Shown one piece after another: positions 1 through 8,857 of a DNA stretch of 32,421 bases (its first letter is position 1; the number at the start of each line of letters is the position of its first letter). Source of the stretch: a virus. The notes beneath the pieces are model-generated. The model did no database searches, was not told the DNA's origin, and worked only from the letters and a program-made list of their open reading frames with translations. A program made the position numbers and the translations under genes. The DNA lies in the UHGV virus genome UHGV-0019613, one strand, 5' to 3'.

Positions 1-56
1 AAAAGGTGATAAAGCGAATACCTGGGCCGTCTACGGTTCCACAGGATTCAAAGGAG

Positions 57-77
57 TGAATGCGACCAATAACTGAC
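57..77. repeat. Candidate attL core: 13-bp ACCAATAACTGAC (65-77) is identical to 32345-32357, extending to about 19 bp with 2 mismatches
   Basis: Direct repeat seen at both ends of the prophage, just outside the int 3' end and just outside ogr; position is consistent with site-specific integration. Confidence 0.4.
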
Positions 78-167
78 TTGGTAGCCCCCGCCGTAGCGGT
101 ATTTTCTGTTGTATTACAATTAGTTAAATTACTCATATCGCTTCAATTGGCTCTAGTTAACTCTGGT

Positions 168-1163
168 TTATGGACGCATTATGGACATTCCTGACACCGG
201 GTTAAGAGTCACTGCATCTTGTAAGAAATCCGGTGCAAAGTGTGCGTAGGTCATAGTTTGCTGAATGTTAGAATGACCCAGGATGCGCTGCAATGTGATT
301 ATGTTACCTCCATTCATTATAAAATGTGTGGCAAATGTATGCCTCAAAACATGCACTGCCTGTCCGTCAGGTAAATCGGGTTTTACTTCCCTGAGAGCGT
401 TGCGCACTTTGTAGTAACTGGCATTAAAAAGCCTGCCTGAATTTTTGGTCTTGATCCGTTTAATCAGGTCCTGTGAAACGGGAATTGTCCTGCGCTTTCC
501 GTTTTTAGTTTTCATAAACGTAACCATCTGGTTAATGATGTGTTCAGCTTTTAAATTAGACACTTCACTCCAGCGTCCACCAGTAGAAAGGCAGACCAGA
601 GTCGCATTTAATTCATCACCATCGAGCATGGATAACAGCCGTGTAATCTCTTCACTGGACAAAAAAGCCATTTCTGTAACAGCTTCACGTAATCGCTTAA
701 CCTCACGGAACGGGTTGTGAGAATGGTATTCACCGGCGTCAATTAACTTGGTGAACATCCCGCTCATTATTGCCAGATGCCGATTTACGCTGGCTGGTTT
801 TAGACCATCGTTCATCATTACAACGCGATAATCAGTTATCGTTTTCTTTGTTAGCTGGTCAGCTCTGGACACTCCCATTTCTGCAAATTTGGCGATTATT
901 GTCGTCAAACGCCCCCGTTCAATATCTCCACGCTCATGTGATTTTCCGTGATATATCCACCATCTGCCTAACAACTCTGTAAGAGTTCGGCGGTCGGCTG
1001 GCTTCTCCAGCCACTCTTTGTTGTGGTAGTTAACCAGTACATGACGTTCGAATGCTTGAGCTTCACCTTTAGTTTTAAATTTCCGCCTGATACGTTTTCC
1101 ATCTGCACCCTGCGGTCTGACGTCCACTTCATAACGACCATCATCGAGCTTTTTAATAGACAT
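168..1163 (-). CDS. int: Tyrosine site-specific integrase (P2 Int family)
   Basis: 331-aa ORF with N-terminus MSIKKLDDGRYEVDVRP and C-terminal catalytic region HVLRHTFATHF...LGHSNIQQTMTYAHF (R-H-R-Y type); GGAGGG RBS upstream of ATG; first gene inside the att repeat as in P2. Confidence 0.9.
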   Translation of the reverse strand: MSIKKLDDGRYEVDVRPQGADGKRIRRKFKTKGEAQAFERHVLVNYHNKEWLEKPADRRTLTELLGRWWIYHGKSHERGDIERGRLTTIIAKFAEMGVSRADQLTKKTITDYRVVMMNDGLKPASVNRHLAIMSGMFTKLIDAGEYHSHNPFREVKRLREAVTEMAFLSSEEITRLLSMLDGDELNATLVCLSTGGRWSEVSNLKAEHIINQMVTFMKTKNGKRRTIPVSQDLIKRIKTKNSGRLFNASYYKVRNALREVKPDLPDGQAVHVLRHTFATHFIMNGGNIITLQRILGHSNIQQTMTYAHFAPDFLQDAVTLNPVSGMSIMRP

Positions 1164-1256
1164 AAAGCCCTCCGATGACGCTGTTTACTTCTACTACTTG
1201 AAAATTAATGCAATTTTCTTTCGTACATTTACTGCACACAAAAGCTGAATAAATCG

Positions 1257-1568
1257 TCAGCCAGTCTTTTGGTCTGAGTGGTGCAAGGTTGTTGAGTCTT
1301 GCCCAATGTGCGCGAGCGCCGGGGCTATTTGTCCGCCAGCGGGATCAGTTTCATCAAACATGAACCAGTCACGGTACTTGCGAAATCTTTCTGGCTTGAA
1401 AAATTTCATGCCTGCGTCAAAAGACATCTTTACTTTTCCCTGCTCATATCCAGCATAGGTGTTGTAGTTAATTCCAGTTAATTCAGCAACTTGCTTCCTT
1501 GTCATTCTTTCTGACTCCCGAATAAGTGCGAGTTTCTCTGCTTGAGATGTGATTTGTGTATTTGACAT
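1257..1568 (-). CDS. C: Immunity repressor, P2 C-like (HTH)
   Basis: About 103 aa from the internal ATG at 1568; HTH segment MTRKQVAELTGINYNTY; C-terminal GQIAPALAH motif resembles P2 C; sits between int and cox as in P2. Start codon choice is uncertain. Confidence 0.7.
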   Translation of the reverse strand: MSNTQITSQAEKLALIRESERMTRKQVAELTGINYNTYAGYEQGKVKMSFDAGMKFFKPERFRKYRDWFMFDETDPAGGQIAPALAHIGQDSTTLHHSDQKTG

Positions 1569-1672
1569 GAATTGTCGTATCTCGTAATTTATGTTGCATG
1601 CGACACGCCAGAACAACGCAGAGCGGCTTCAAATAGCTCTGGTTGAATGGCACCAAAGTTGAGGATATCAAA
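1569..1672. promoter_or_regulatory. Lysis-lysogeny switch region between C and cox (expected early and repressor promoters plus operators)
   Basis: About 100-bp gap between divergently oriented repressor and cox genes; function inferred from P2/186 organisation, individual promoter hexamers not confidently resolved. Confidence 0.4.
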
Positions 1673-2029
1673 ATGAGTATTGGATCAGAAATGAATAACG
1701 ATGTTGGAGAAAAAGTATCTGATCTCACAAAAAGTAAAAAATGTGACATCAAACTTGCAGCCGCACCGTCGGATTTGCTCTCGAAAGAGGGATTTGCTCT
1801 TTACATCGGTAAGACGCCTCGTGCTGTTGCTGAAATGGCGAAAGCAGGAAAGTTACCAGCCTTTTATATGACGGACCCATTAAAGCCGGGCGGTCATGCT
1901 GAGTTATGGATTAATCGCCGTGAGTGGGACAAGTACGCAGCCCAACTAGTTGATGAAGCTCCGACAGAATGGCATGACTGGAAAAATCGCATTAGTTACA
2001 GCAAATCAAGACATGGCCGTGCGGCTTAA
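1673..2029 (+). CDS. cox: Cox-like excisionase/transcriptional regulator
   Basis: ATG at 1673 preceded by GAGGA; contains LPAFYMTDP...ELWINRREW, resembling the P2 Cox core; longer than P2 Cox. Confidence 0.6.
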   Translation: MSIGSEMNNDVGEKVSDLTKSKKCDIKLAAAPSDLLSKEGFALYIGKTPRAVAEMAKAGKLPAFYMTDPLKPGGHAELWINRREWDKYAAQLVDEAPTEWHDWKNRISYSKSRHGRAA

Positions 2030-2039
2030 GGTGGAAAGG

Positions 2040-2210
2040 ATGAACGAGCCTCGTTGTATTGCTCAGTTATTGCGTAACGAAAGCCCTAGGGCGATTGACT
2101 TCACCATTACCCACGGTAAGGGGCGTAAGGGAATCATTATCCGCACCAAAAAACAGAGTCCGTTAAAAAAGGCTCTGACCTTTCTGAAAAGCCGGAGGGT
2201 ATGGAAATGA
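2040..2210 (+). CDS. Small basic early protein (P2 orf78 position)
   Basis: 56-aa ORF with strong RBS AAGGTGGAAAGG before ATG 2040; its stop overlaps the next ATG (ATGA), suggesting translational coupling; lysine/arginine rich. Confidence 0.45.
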   Translation: MNEPRCIAQLLRNESPRAIDFTITHGKGRKGIIIRTKKQSPLKKALTFLKSRRVWK

Positions 2211-2707
2211 CAGTGATGACGCTCAATCTCGTTGAAAAACAACCAGCAACTATGCGCCGGATAATTGGTAAGCATCTTGCCGTCCCTCGCTGGCAGGAGA
2301 CATGTGATTATTATAATCAGATGATGGAGCGCGAACGGCTAACGGTTTGCTTCCATGCGCAGTTAAAACAGCGTCATGCAACGATGCGTTTTGAAGAAAT
2401 GAACGACGTCGAACGTGAACGGCTGGTTTGTGCAATTGATGAATTGCGTGGGGCATTCTCAAAACGCCGTCAGGTCGGTGCAAGTGAGTATGCATATATT
2501 AGCTTTTTAACTGTCAGTCAGCGCCGTACTTTATTTATGCACGCACGACTGACAGAAAAAGAATTTAACCAGCCATACTGGCGAATTAATGAAGAGTCAT
2601 GTTACTGGCGTGATGCTTTATTCCGTGCATTACGTGAATTATTCAGTCTGTTTGAATATGCACCGACAATTCTGACGTCGGTAAAACCAGAGCAATATCT
2701 GCATTAA
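2207..2707 (+). CDS. B: Replication protein B-like (P2 gene B position, helicase-loader role in P2)
   Basis: 166 aa from ATG 2207 with GGAGGG RBS 7 nt upstream; same length and position as P2 B; no sequence-level confirmation possible here. Confidence 0.5.
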   Translation: MTVMTLNLVEKQPATMRRIIGKHLAVPRWQETCDYYNQMMERERLTVCFHAQLKQRHATMRFEEMNDVERERLVCAIDELRGAFSKRRQVGASEYAYISFLTVSQRRTLFMHARLTEKEFNQPYWRINEESCYWRDALFRALRELFSLFEYAPTILTSVKPEQYLH

Positions 2708-2770
2708 GTAATTAACCAAAGTTTTTAACGCACTTAATTGTGCGGGGCTTCTTTTTGCCTGGAGAAAGTC

Positions 2771-2983
2771 ATGCATATAGTTTCTGAAAATCAGTGCGGT
2801 AAATACGCATTAATGCTGCAACAGGCCAGAACCGAAGCACAGGCCGATGCAGCAACGCGCATTTCGTCTCATCTTGATGCCATGATTCGCCACATCACAA
2901 AGGCGGAGTTATCCCGCGTGGAGATAGTCGAGTTGCTCAGTCAGGAGTCTGCCAAATTCCATAATCTAGGACTCAATAAATAA
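2771..2983 (+). CDS. Hypothetical small early protein
   Basis: 70-aa ORF with GGAGAAA RBS before ATG 2771; in the early operon between B and A. Confidence 0.5.
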   Translation: MHIVSENQCGKYALMLQQARTEAQADAATRISSHLDAMIRHITKAELSRVEIVELLSQESAKFHNLGLNK

Positions 2984-2997
2984 CAGGAAAGTTGGAG

Positions 2998-3243
2998 ATG
3001 ACAAATACAAAATGGTTCAGGAAACACTTAACAGATTATCAACTTTCATTACTTAAAAAATTAGATGACAAGACTCCACTACATCCTTCAAGCGATGTCT
3101 TCCGCTCCTGTCCTAGTCGTGTGGAAAAAGCATTTATAGCAATGGGGAAATGGGGGCTTGTGACCAAATCAAGAGAAGGTTTCTGTATTACCGATAATGG
3201 CCGGGAAATGATTGATTCTGCGGAGAGGGCATATAGCGAATGA
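2998..3243 (+). CDS. Hypothetical small early protein (AT-rich)
   Basis: 81 aa from ATG 2998 with AGGAAAG RBS; by-eye AT-rich relative to neighbours. Confidence 0.5.
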   Translation: MTNTKWFRKHLTDYQLSLLKKLDDKTPLHPSSDVFRSCPSRVEKAFIAMGKWGLVTKSREGFCITDNGREMIDSAERAYSE

Positions 3244-3530
3244 AAAATATATTGCTTAATAACTGGCTGAAGATTTCAGTCATGAAAAATGGTGATTTGT
3301 CGCTAGCTGATATTAAACGCGATAAAAACACTGGGGATATGGTGGAATCAACTATAGCCATTTATGCGGATAAATTAAATCTCCTGTCTGATGTGGTTAA
3401 TTTACTTGTTAAACGCGCTGTATTTCATAAGCAAATTTCATCCGTGGATGAACTGACAAAATTAACGACAGAAATCGCCAGCTATTGCGCTGATGAATTT
3501 AAGAAACTGAACGACAAAAGGAGCTGGTAA
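3240..3530 (+). CDS. Hypothetical small early protein (AT-rich)
   Basis: 96-aa ORF; ATG overlaps previous stop (ATGA); AT-rich codon usage unlike the P2 backbone. Confidence 0.5.
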   Translation: MKNILLNNWLKISVMKNGDLSLADIKRDKNTGDMVESTIAIYADKLNLLSDVVNLLVKRAVFHKQISSVDELTKLTTEIASYCADEFKKLNDKRSW

Positions 3531-3754
3531 TGCCGGACAACGTGGATTTTATTCAGGAACAACAGGCTGAATTACTGGAGCGCCAGATTAACGCGGCAAG
3601 GGTAAAACATTGCGGTGCTTCTGCGCTGGTTTGCGAAGAGTGTGATGCGCCAATACCTGCTGCCCGTCGTGCGGCTTATCCATCAGCCACGCGTTGTGTT
3701 TCCTGTCAGTTAGTCTTTGAAGCAAAAAACAAGCATTACCGGAGAACGGCATGA
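3530..3754 (+). CDS. TraR/DksA-family C4 zinc-finger protein
   Basis: 74 aa; CxxC...CxxC pattern (CEECD ... CVSC); start overlaps previous stop (TAATG); such proteins are typical of P2-like early operons. Confidence 0.7.
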   Translation: MPDNVDFIQEQQAELLERQINAARVKHCGASALVCEECDAPIPAARRAAYPSATRCVSCQLVFEAKNKHYRRTA

Positions 3755-4026
3755 GTATTCGTATTGAAATTGGCGAACGTTATGTCGTTACCAGTGACAG
3801 CTTTCAGTTTATTCTCCACGAGAAAAAGAGAGCTGAAAGCGGTAAAAACGCCGGTCAGGAATGGCTGGCGGTGGTTGGTTATTACCCGAAATTAAGCCAG
3901 CTCGTTTCCGGCCTGATGCATCACGATATTCTGACCGGAAGCGCAAAGTCTTTTGCTGATTTAAACGCGCAGGTTGAGCAACTCAGCAGGCGTTGTTCAG
4001 AGGCATTTGGCTCATATGGCCGTTAA
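3751..4026 (+). CDS. Hypothetical early protein
   Basis: 91-aa ORF with GGAGA RBS; ATGA overlap with preceding gene. Confidence 0.5.
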   Translation: MSIRIEIGERYVVTSDSFQFILHEKKRAESGKNAGQEWLAVVGYYPKLSQLVSGLMHHDILTGSAKSFADLNAQVEQLSRRCSEAFGSYGR

Positions 4027-6286
4027 AGCCTCCGGGCGTTTTGTCCCTCCGTCAGCATTTGCCGCAGGCACCGGTAAGGCGTTTACCGGTGCTTATGCAT
4101 GGAATGCGCCACGCGAGGCTGTCGGGCGCGAAAGACCCCTTACACGTGACGAGATGCGTCAGGTGCAAGGTGTTTTATCCACGATTAATCGCCTGCCTTA
4201 CTTTTTGCGCTCGCTGTTTACTTCACGCTATGACTACATCCGGCGCAATAAAAGCCCGTTACACGGGTTTTATTTCCTCACATCCACTTTTCAGCGTCGT
4301 TTATGGCCCCGCATTGAGCGTGTGAATCAGCGCCATGAAATGAACACCGACGCGTCGTTGCTGTTTCTGGCAGAGCGTGACCACTATGCGCGCCTGTCGG
4401 GAATGAATGACAAGGAGCTGAAAAAGTTTGCTGCCCGTATCTCATCGCAGCTTTTCATGATGTATGAGGAACTCTGCGATGCCTGGGTTGATGCACATGG
4501 CGAAAAAGAATCGCTGTTTACGGATGAGGCGCAGGCTCACCTCTATGGTCATGTTGCTGGCGCTGCACGTGCTTTCAATATTTCCCCGCTCTACTGGAAA
4601 AAATACCGTAAAGGGCAGATGACCACGAGGCAGGCATATTCTGCCATTGCCCGTCTGTTTAACGATGAGTGGTGGACTCATCAGCTTAAAGGCCAGCGTA
4701 TGCGCTGGCATGAGGCGTTACTGATTGCTGTCGGGGAGGTCAATAAAGACCGTTCTCCTTATGCCAGTAAACATGCCATTCGTGATGTGCGTGCGCGCCG
4801 CCAGGCAAATCTGGAATTTCTTAAATCGTGTGACCTCGAAAACAGGGAAACCGGCGAACGCATCGACCTTATCAGTAAGGTGATGGGCAGTATTTCTAAT
4901 CCTGAAATTCGCCGGATGGAGCTGATGAACACCATTGCCGGTATTGAGCGTTACGCCGCCGCTGAGGGTGATGTGGGGATGTTTATCACGCTGACCGCGC
5001 CGTCAAAGTATCACCCTACACGTCAGGTTGGAAAAGGTGAAAGTAAAACCGTCCAGCTTAATCACAGCTGGAACGATGAGGCATTTAATCCAAAGGATGC
5101 GCAGCGTTATCTCTGCCGTATCTGGAGCCTGATGCGCACGGCATTCAAGGATAATGATTTACAGGTCTACGGTTTGCGAGTCGTCGAGCCACACCACGAC
5201 GGAACGCCGCACTGGCATATGATGCTTTTTTGTAATCCACGCCAGCGTAACCAGATTATCGACATCATGCGTCGCTATGCGCTCAAAGAGGATGGCGACG
5301 AAAGAGGAGCCGCGCGAAACCGTTTTCAGGCAAAACATCTTAATCGGGGCGGTGCTGCGGGGTATATCGCGAAATACATCTCAAAAAATATCGACGGCTA
5401 TGCACTGGATGGGCAGCTCGATAACGATACCGGCAGACCGCTGAAAGATACTGCCGCGGCTGTTACCGCATGGGCGTCAACGTGGCGCATTCCGCAATTT
5501 AAAACGGTTGGCCTGCCGACAATGGGGGCTTACCGTGAACTACGCAAATTGCCTCGCGGCGTCAGCATTGCTGATGAGTTTGACGAGCGCGTCGAGGCTG
5601 CACGCGCCGCCGCAGACAGTGGTGATTTTGCGCTGTATATCAGCGCGCAGGGTGGGGCAAATGTCCCGCGCGATTGTCAGACTGTCAGGGTCGCCCGTAG
5701 TCCGTCGGATGAAGTTAACGAGTACGAGGAAGAAGTCGAGAGAGTGGTCGGCATTTACGCGCCGCATCTCGGCGCGCGTCATATTCATATCACCAGAACG
5801 ACGGACTGGCGCATTGTTCCGAAAGTGCCGGTCGTTGAGCCTTTGACTTTAAAAAGCGGCATCGCCGCGCCTCGGAGTCCTGTCAATAACTGTGGAAAGC
5901 TCACCGGTAGTGATGTTTCGTTACCGGCTCCCACACCTTCTGAGCACGCCGCCGCAGTGCTTAATCTGGTTGATGACGGTGTTATCGAATGGAATGACCA
6001 GGAGGTCGTGAGGGCGCTCAGGGGCGCATTAAAACACGACCTGAGAACACCAAACCGTCAGCAAAGAAGCGGAAGCCCGTTAAAACCGCATGAAATAGCG
6101 CCATCGGCCAGACTGACCCGGTCGGAACGAATGCAAATTACCCGTATCCGCGTTGACCTTGCTCAGAACGGTATCAGGCCGCAGCGATGGGAGCTTGAGG
6201 CGCTGGCGCGTGGGGCAACTGTAAATTACGACGGGAGAAGCTTCAGTTATCCTGTTATATGTGATTGGAGAGCGTATGAATTATGA
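4016..6286 (+). CDS. A: Rolling-circle replication initiation endonuclease (P2 gpA family)
   Basis: About 756 aa; HUH-type motif TPHWHMMLF and downstream tyrosine-rich region AGYIAKYISKNIDGY; size and position match P2 A. Start could be the TTG at 3974 or the ATG at 4016. Confidence 0.85.
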   Translation: MAVKASGRFVPPSAFAAGTGKAFTGAYAWNAPREAVGRERPLTRDEMRQVQGVLSTINRLPYFLRSLFTSRYDYIRRNKSPLHGFYFLTSTFQRRLWPRIERVNQRHEMNTDASLLFLAERDHYARLSGMNDKELKKFAARISSQLFMMYEELCDAWVDAHGEKESLFTDEAQAHLYGHVAGAARAFNISPLYWKKYRKGQMTTRQAYSAIARLFNDEWWTHQLKGQRMRWHEALLIAVGEVNKDRSPYASKHAIRDVRARRQANLEFLKSCDLENRETGERIDLISKVMGSISNPEIRRMELMNTIAGIERYAAAEGDVGMFITLTAPSKYHPTRQVGKGESKTVQLNHSWNDEAFNPKDAQRYLCRIWSLMRTAFKDNDLQVYGLRVVEPHHDGTPHWHMMLFCNPRQRNQIIDIMRRYALKEDGDERGAARNRFQAKHLNRGGAAGYIAKYISKNIDGYALDGQLDNDTGRPLKDTAAAVTAWASTWRIPQFKTVGLPTMGAYRELRKLPRGVSIADEFDERVEAARAAADSGDFALYISAQGGANVPRDCQTVRVARSPSDEVNEYEEEVERVVGIYAPHLGARHIHITRTTDWRIVPKVPVVEPLTLKSGIAAPRSPVNNCGKLTGSDVSLPAPTPSEHAAAVLNLVDDGVIEWNDQEVVRALRGALKHDLRTPNRQQRSGSPLKPHEIAPSARLTRSERMQITRIRVDLAQNGIRPQRWELEALARGATVNYDGRSFSYPVICDWRAYEL

Positions 6287-6333
6287 GATTGTGATAAAAA
6301 GTAAATAATTAATATAATGCAATTGCTTGACTG

Positions 6334-6372
6334 TTTTAAAAGGGACAACGTAGTTGTGAACTATATTGTCCC
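6334..6372 (-). terminator. Rho-independent terminator candidate for the endonuclease gene (possibly bidirectional)
   Basis: Inverted repeat GGGACAA...TTGTCCC (6342-6372) followed on the minus strand by TTTTAAAA; lies between convergent A and endonuclease genes. Confidence 0.45.
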
Positions 6373-6379
6373 GGGAGTA

Positions 6380-7435
6380 TTAATTTTTAAATATGGATTG
6401 TATGTATTCTATAGTGCTATCTTTAGCTCTGATGTCTTTTAAAGTGTTATTTATGAAATCTATTATTCTGTCATTACTTAATAGTGGCGATAACGCATAA
6501 CATGTTGTTGTGAATGTCATGACGTCACTAAAGCTTAGTGAAACACCTTTTGTCGCAGCGTTCTCAATCGCAAGAGACTCATCAATATCTAAGTTTGTTG
6601 CTCTTGGCCCTTTAAGGAAGATAACTTTTGAAATCCCGGATGCAGATGCTTTTGAAACGGCGTGATTAACATCTTGATAATTAAATGGTTTGTCTTTCAC
6701 TTCTATAGAAAGGAAAACTATATCATCATGATATACATCTATGTCCAGTATCTCTTTTGAGGAGCTACCGGCCTGATTGACGGGATGTGCTTTTATTATC
6801 CATCCTCTTTGTTCACCTAATAAATGTAACGAAATTGCGGCAGCAATCGCGCATGTTTCTCCATCACAAGGATGAGATATAATATTATAAATAATCTTAT
6901 GGAAATCAAAATTAATTGAGTTCGGCGTTATAACTCTATTGGTTCGCTGTAGGGTAAAATATAATGCAATAACAAGCATTTCATAAGCTAAGGTTTGGGT
7001 TGTTGCTGCATGTAATATATCAATTGAAAGTTGTTGTAAAACCTTATCATTTCCTCTGCGCACAGGGTTATCAGAGGAGTGGAGCATGTAACGAGCTGGT
7101 TTATTTAGAAATGGCTCATTTGATGCGCCTAACTTACCCTCTAAAAATGGGCCTTCTACTTTGCCTACTATTACCGAATGACATAAACTCCTTGCATCAT
7201 AGGCTCCGTCTACGGGGGCATTAGCTTGTAAAGCCAGAGGGTTAACTCTAGGGTCTGTTGCTTTTGCAAGTAAACCAGTAATAAGTATATATCTGTATGT
7301 AAGGTGGGTGCCTAAAATTACATTTTGAATGGAGACCCATTGATTATTTGTTTTGTAATCAGTTAATTTTTTTGCATCGTTGATTGCATTTATAATTACA
7401 TTATAGGCTTGCTCATGATTTACTAATACTTTCAT
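6380..7435 (-). CDS. Candidate Type II restriction endonuclease (PD-(D/E)xK-like)
   Basis: 351-aa ORF in AT-rich cargo; D-x7-E-x-K-like motif in YHDDIVFLSIEVKDK; co-oriented with and overlapped by an upstream small HTH gene and divergent from a C5-methyltransferase; AAGGA RBS before ATG 7435. Confidence 0.55.
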   Translation of the reverse strand: MKVLVNHEQAYNVIINAINDAKKLTDYKTNNQWVSIQNVILGTHLTYRYILITGLLAKATDPRVNPLALQANAPVDGAYDARSLCHSVIVGKVEGPFLEGKLGASNEPFLNKPARYMLHSSDNPVRRGNDKVLQQLSIDILHAATTQTLAYEMLVIALYFTLQRTNRVITPNSINFDFHKIIYNIISHPCDGETCAIAAAISLHLLGEQRGWIIKAHPVNQAGSSSKEILDIDVYHDDIVFLSIEVKDKPFNYQDVNHAVSKASASGISKVIFLKGPRATNLDIDESLAIENAATKGVSLSFSDVMTFTTTCYALSPLLSNDRIIDFINNTLKDIRAKDSTIEYIQSIFKN

Positions 7436-7682
7436 AGGTGTCCTTTAGTAAGATATCCATTGGTAGACCTAATCGGCTTGCAACCACCTCTAATAATTCA
7501 AATAGTTCTAAAGCATCTAATCGCCTTTCAAAGCTTTCGATTTTAGATATATCTGATTGTGATAATCCTAGAAAAATGGCCAATTCTGACTGCGAAAGAG
7601 AAGCTTCTTTGCGTAGTTTGGTGAGAAGCTGGACTAGGCACCTGTATCTATGATCATGTATAGTTGGTTGTCGTTTTGCCAT
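7413..7682 (-). CDS. Small HTH controller (C-protein-like, XRE family) of the R-M module
   Basis: About 90 aa from ATG 7682 (alternative ATG at 7727); HTH segment LSQSELAIFLGLSQSDISKIE; its 3' end overlaps the endonuclease start by 23 nt, the arrangement typical of C-regulated R-M operons. Confidence 0.55.
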   Translation of the reverse strand: MAKRQPTIHDHRYRCLVQLLTKLRKEASLSQSELAIFLGLSQSDISKIESFERRLDALELFELLEVVASRLGLPMDILLKDTYESISKS

Positions 7683-7702
7683 GTGGTTTAGAAGGTGATT
7701 GA

Positions 7703-8857
7703 TTGTGTGTCGATCCTTACCTATCATTGGTTTTATTCCAAAATCGAATAATTGGTGCTAAAGAAGTGAACAAAATTTCAGCGGTGAGCTTATTTACTGG
7801 GGCAGGAGGGATGGATGTCGGTTTCTCTAATGCCGGGTTCCGAACAGTTTGGGCCAATGATATAGATAAGGATGCATGTGATACATTTAAGCTTAATCAT
7901 GAATCACCTGTTTTTTGTGGTGATATTGATGAGATGCTAAGTGAATTGTCTGGGCTGAAAAATATAGGTTGTGTTTTTGGTGGGCCTCCATGCCAAGGAT
8001 TTTCTGTGGCAGGGAAAATGGACGCTCATGATCCACGTAGTAAGCTGGTTATGTCATTCATGCGGGCGGTGGATATAATTCAACCAGAATGCTTTGTTAT
8101 GGAGAATGTTAAGGCTTTAGCACAGTTGTCCAAATTTGAACCAGTTAGGTGTGAACTGTTTAAGATGGCTGAAAAGTCAGGCTATCGTTCAGCCTTGCTG
8201 GTGCTGAATTCTAAAGATTTTGGCGTTCCTCAGAATAGGGAACGTATGTTTTTTATAGGGTTTCGTTCCGAAAATGATGTGAAACGAGTTGAGGCGGCGA
8301 TAAAAAAATACCAATATCTTTCGCCAACAGTTGGTGAGATTATTCGGCCTTTAGGGCGAGCGGGTAATCCAAATAATTCAAGAGTCTGTAATGCAAGGAT
8401 TACAAATGCTGCTAAGCCAGTATTACGGAAGTCACCTTACGCGGGAATGATGTTTAACGGGCAGGGAAGACCAATTAACCCGAATGGGTATGCTTCAACT
8501 ATAGCTGCTTCTATGGGGGGGAATAGGACACCAATTATTGATGAAGAACACCTTTATGATGGCTCAACAAGTTATGTTGAGACTTATCATAATCATCTAA
8601 TGAATGGTGGTGAGCCAAAAGATATGCACGATGTACCTAGTCGTTTACGTCGACTAACGATAGATGAGGCTCTTTTGATTCAAACATTCCCGAGTAATTA
8701 TGTCTTTGTGGGGAAAAATTCGTCAATTTGGCGTCAGATAGGGAATGCTGTGCCTTGTAAATTGGCGCAGGCTGTTGCTGCAGGGGTTTTGGATGTCCTT
8801 ACTGGTAAAACTATTAATGTTCAAAAGAGTCAAACAGAGTTGAGTTTGAATTCGTAA
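7703..8857 (+). CDS. DNA (cytosine-5)-methyltransferase
   Basis: Canonical m5C MTase motifs: FTGAGGMDVGF (motif I), GGPPCQGFS (motif IV), ENV (motif VI), QNRERMFFIG (motif VIII), GNAVP (motif X); start is a TTG at 7703 with AAGGTGA RBS, exact start uncertain. Confidence 0.85.
   Translation: MCVDPYLSLVLFQNRIIGAKEVNKISAVSLFTGAGGMDVGFSNAGFRTVWANDIDKDACDTFKLNHESPVFCGDIDEMLSELSGLKNIGCVFGGPPCQGFSVAGKMDAHDPRSKLVMSFMRAVDIIQPECFVMENVKALAQLSKFEPVRCELFKMAEKSGYRSALLVLNSKDFGVPQNRERMFFIGFRSENDVKRVEAAIKKYQYLSPTVGEIIRPLGRAGNPNNSRVCNARITNAAKPVLRKSPYAGMMFNGQGRPINPNGYASTIAASMGGNRTPIIDEEHLYDGSTSYVETYHNHLMNGGEPKDMHDVPSRLRRLTIDEALLIQTFPSNYVFVGKNSSIWRQIGNAVPCKLAQAVAAGVLDVLTGKTINVQKSQTELSLNS

Noticed and set aside
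1-167. Possible tRNA gene at the integration site
   Set aside because: No tRNA-like features (no GGTTCGANTCC-type T-arm or clear cloverleaf) could be seen by eye in either flank.
445-982. ORFs 445-720 and 770-982 on the plus strand
   Set aside because: Both lie entirely antisense within the integrase gene; no RBS and no recognisable protein features, so treated as shadow ORFs.
1299-1752. ORFs 1299-1481 (+) and 1483-1752 (-) in the immunity region
   Set aside because: They overlap the repressor and cox coding sequences on the opposite strand; the better-supported genes explain the region.
1950-2039. Upstream extension of the 86-aa ORF 1950-2210
   Set aside because: The 5' part overlaps the cox 3' end; a strong RBS precedes the internal ATG at 2040, so only 2040-2210 is retained.
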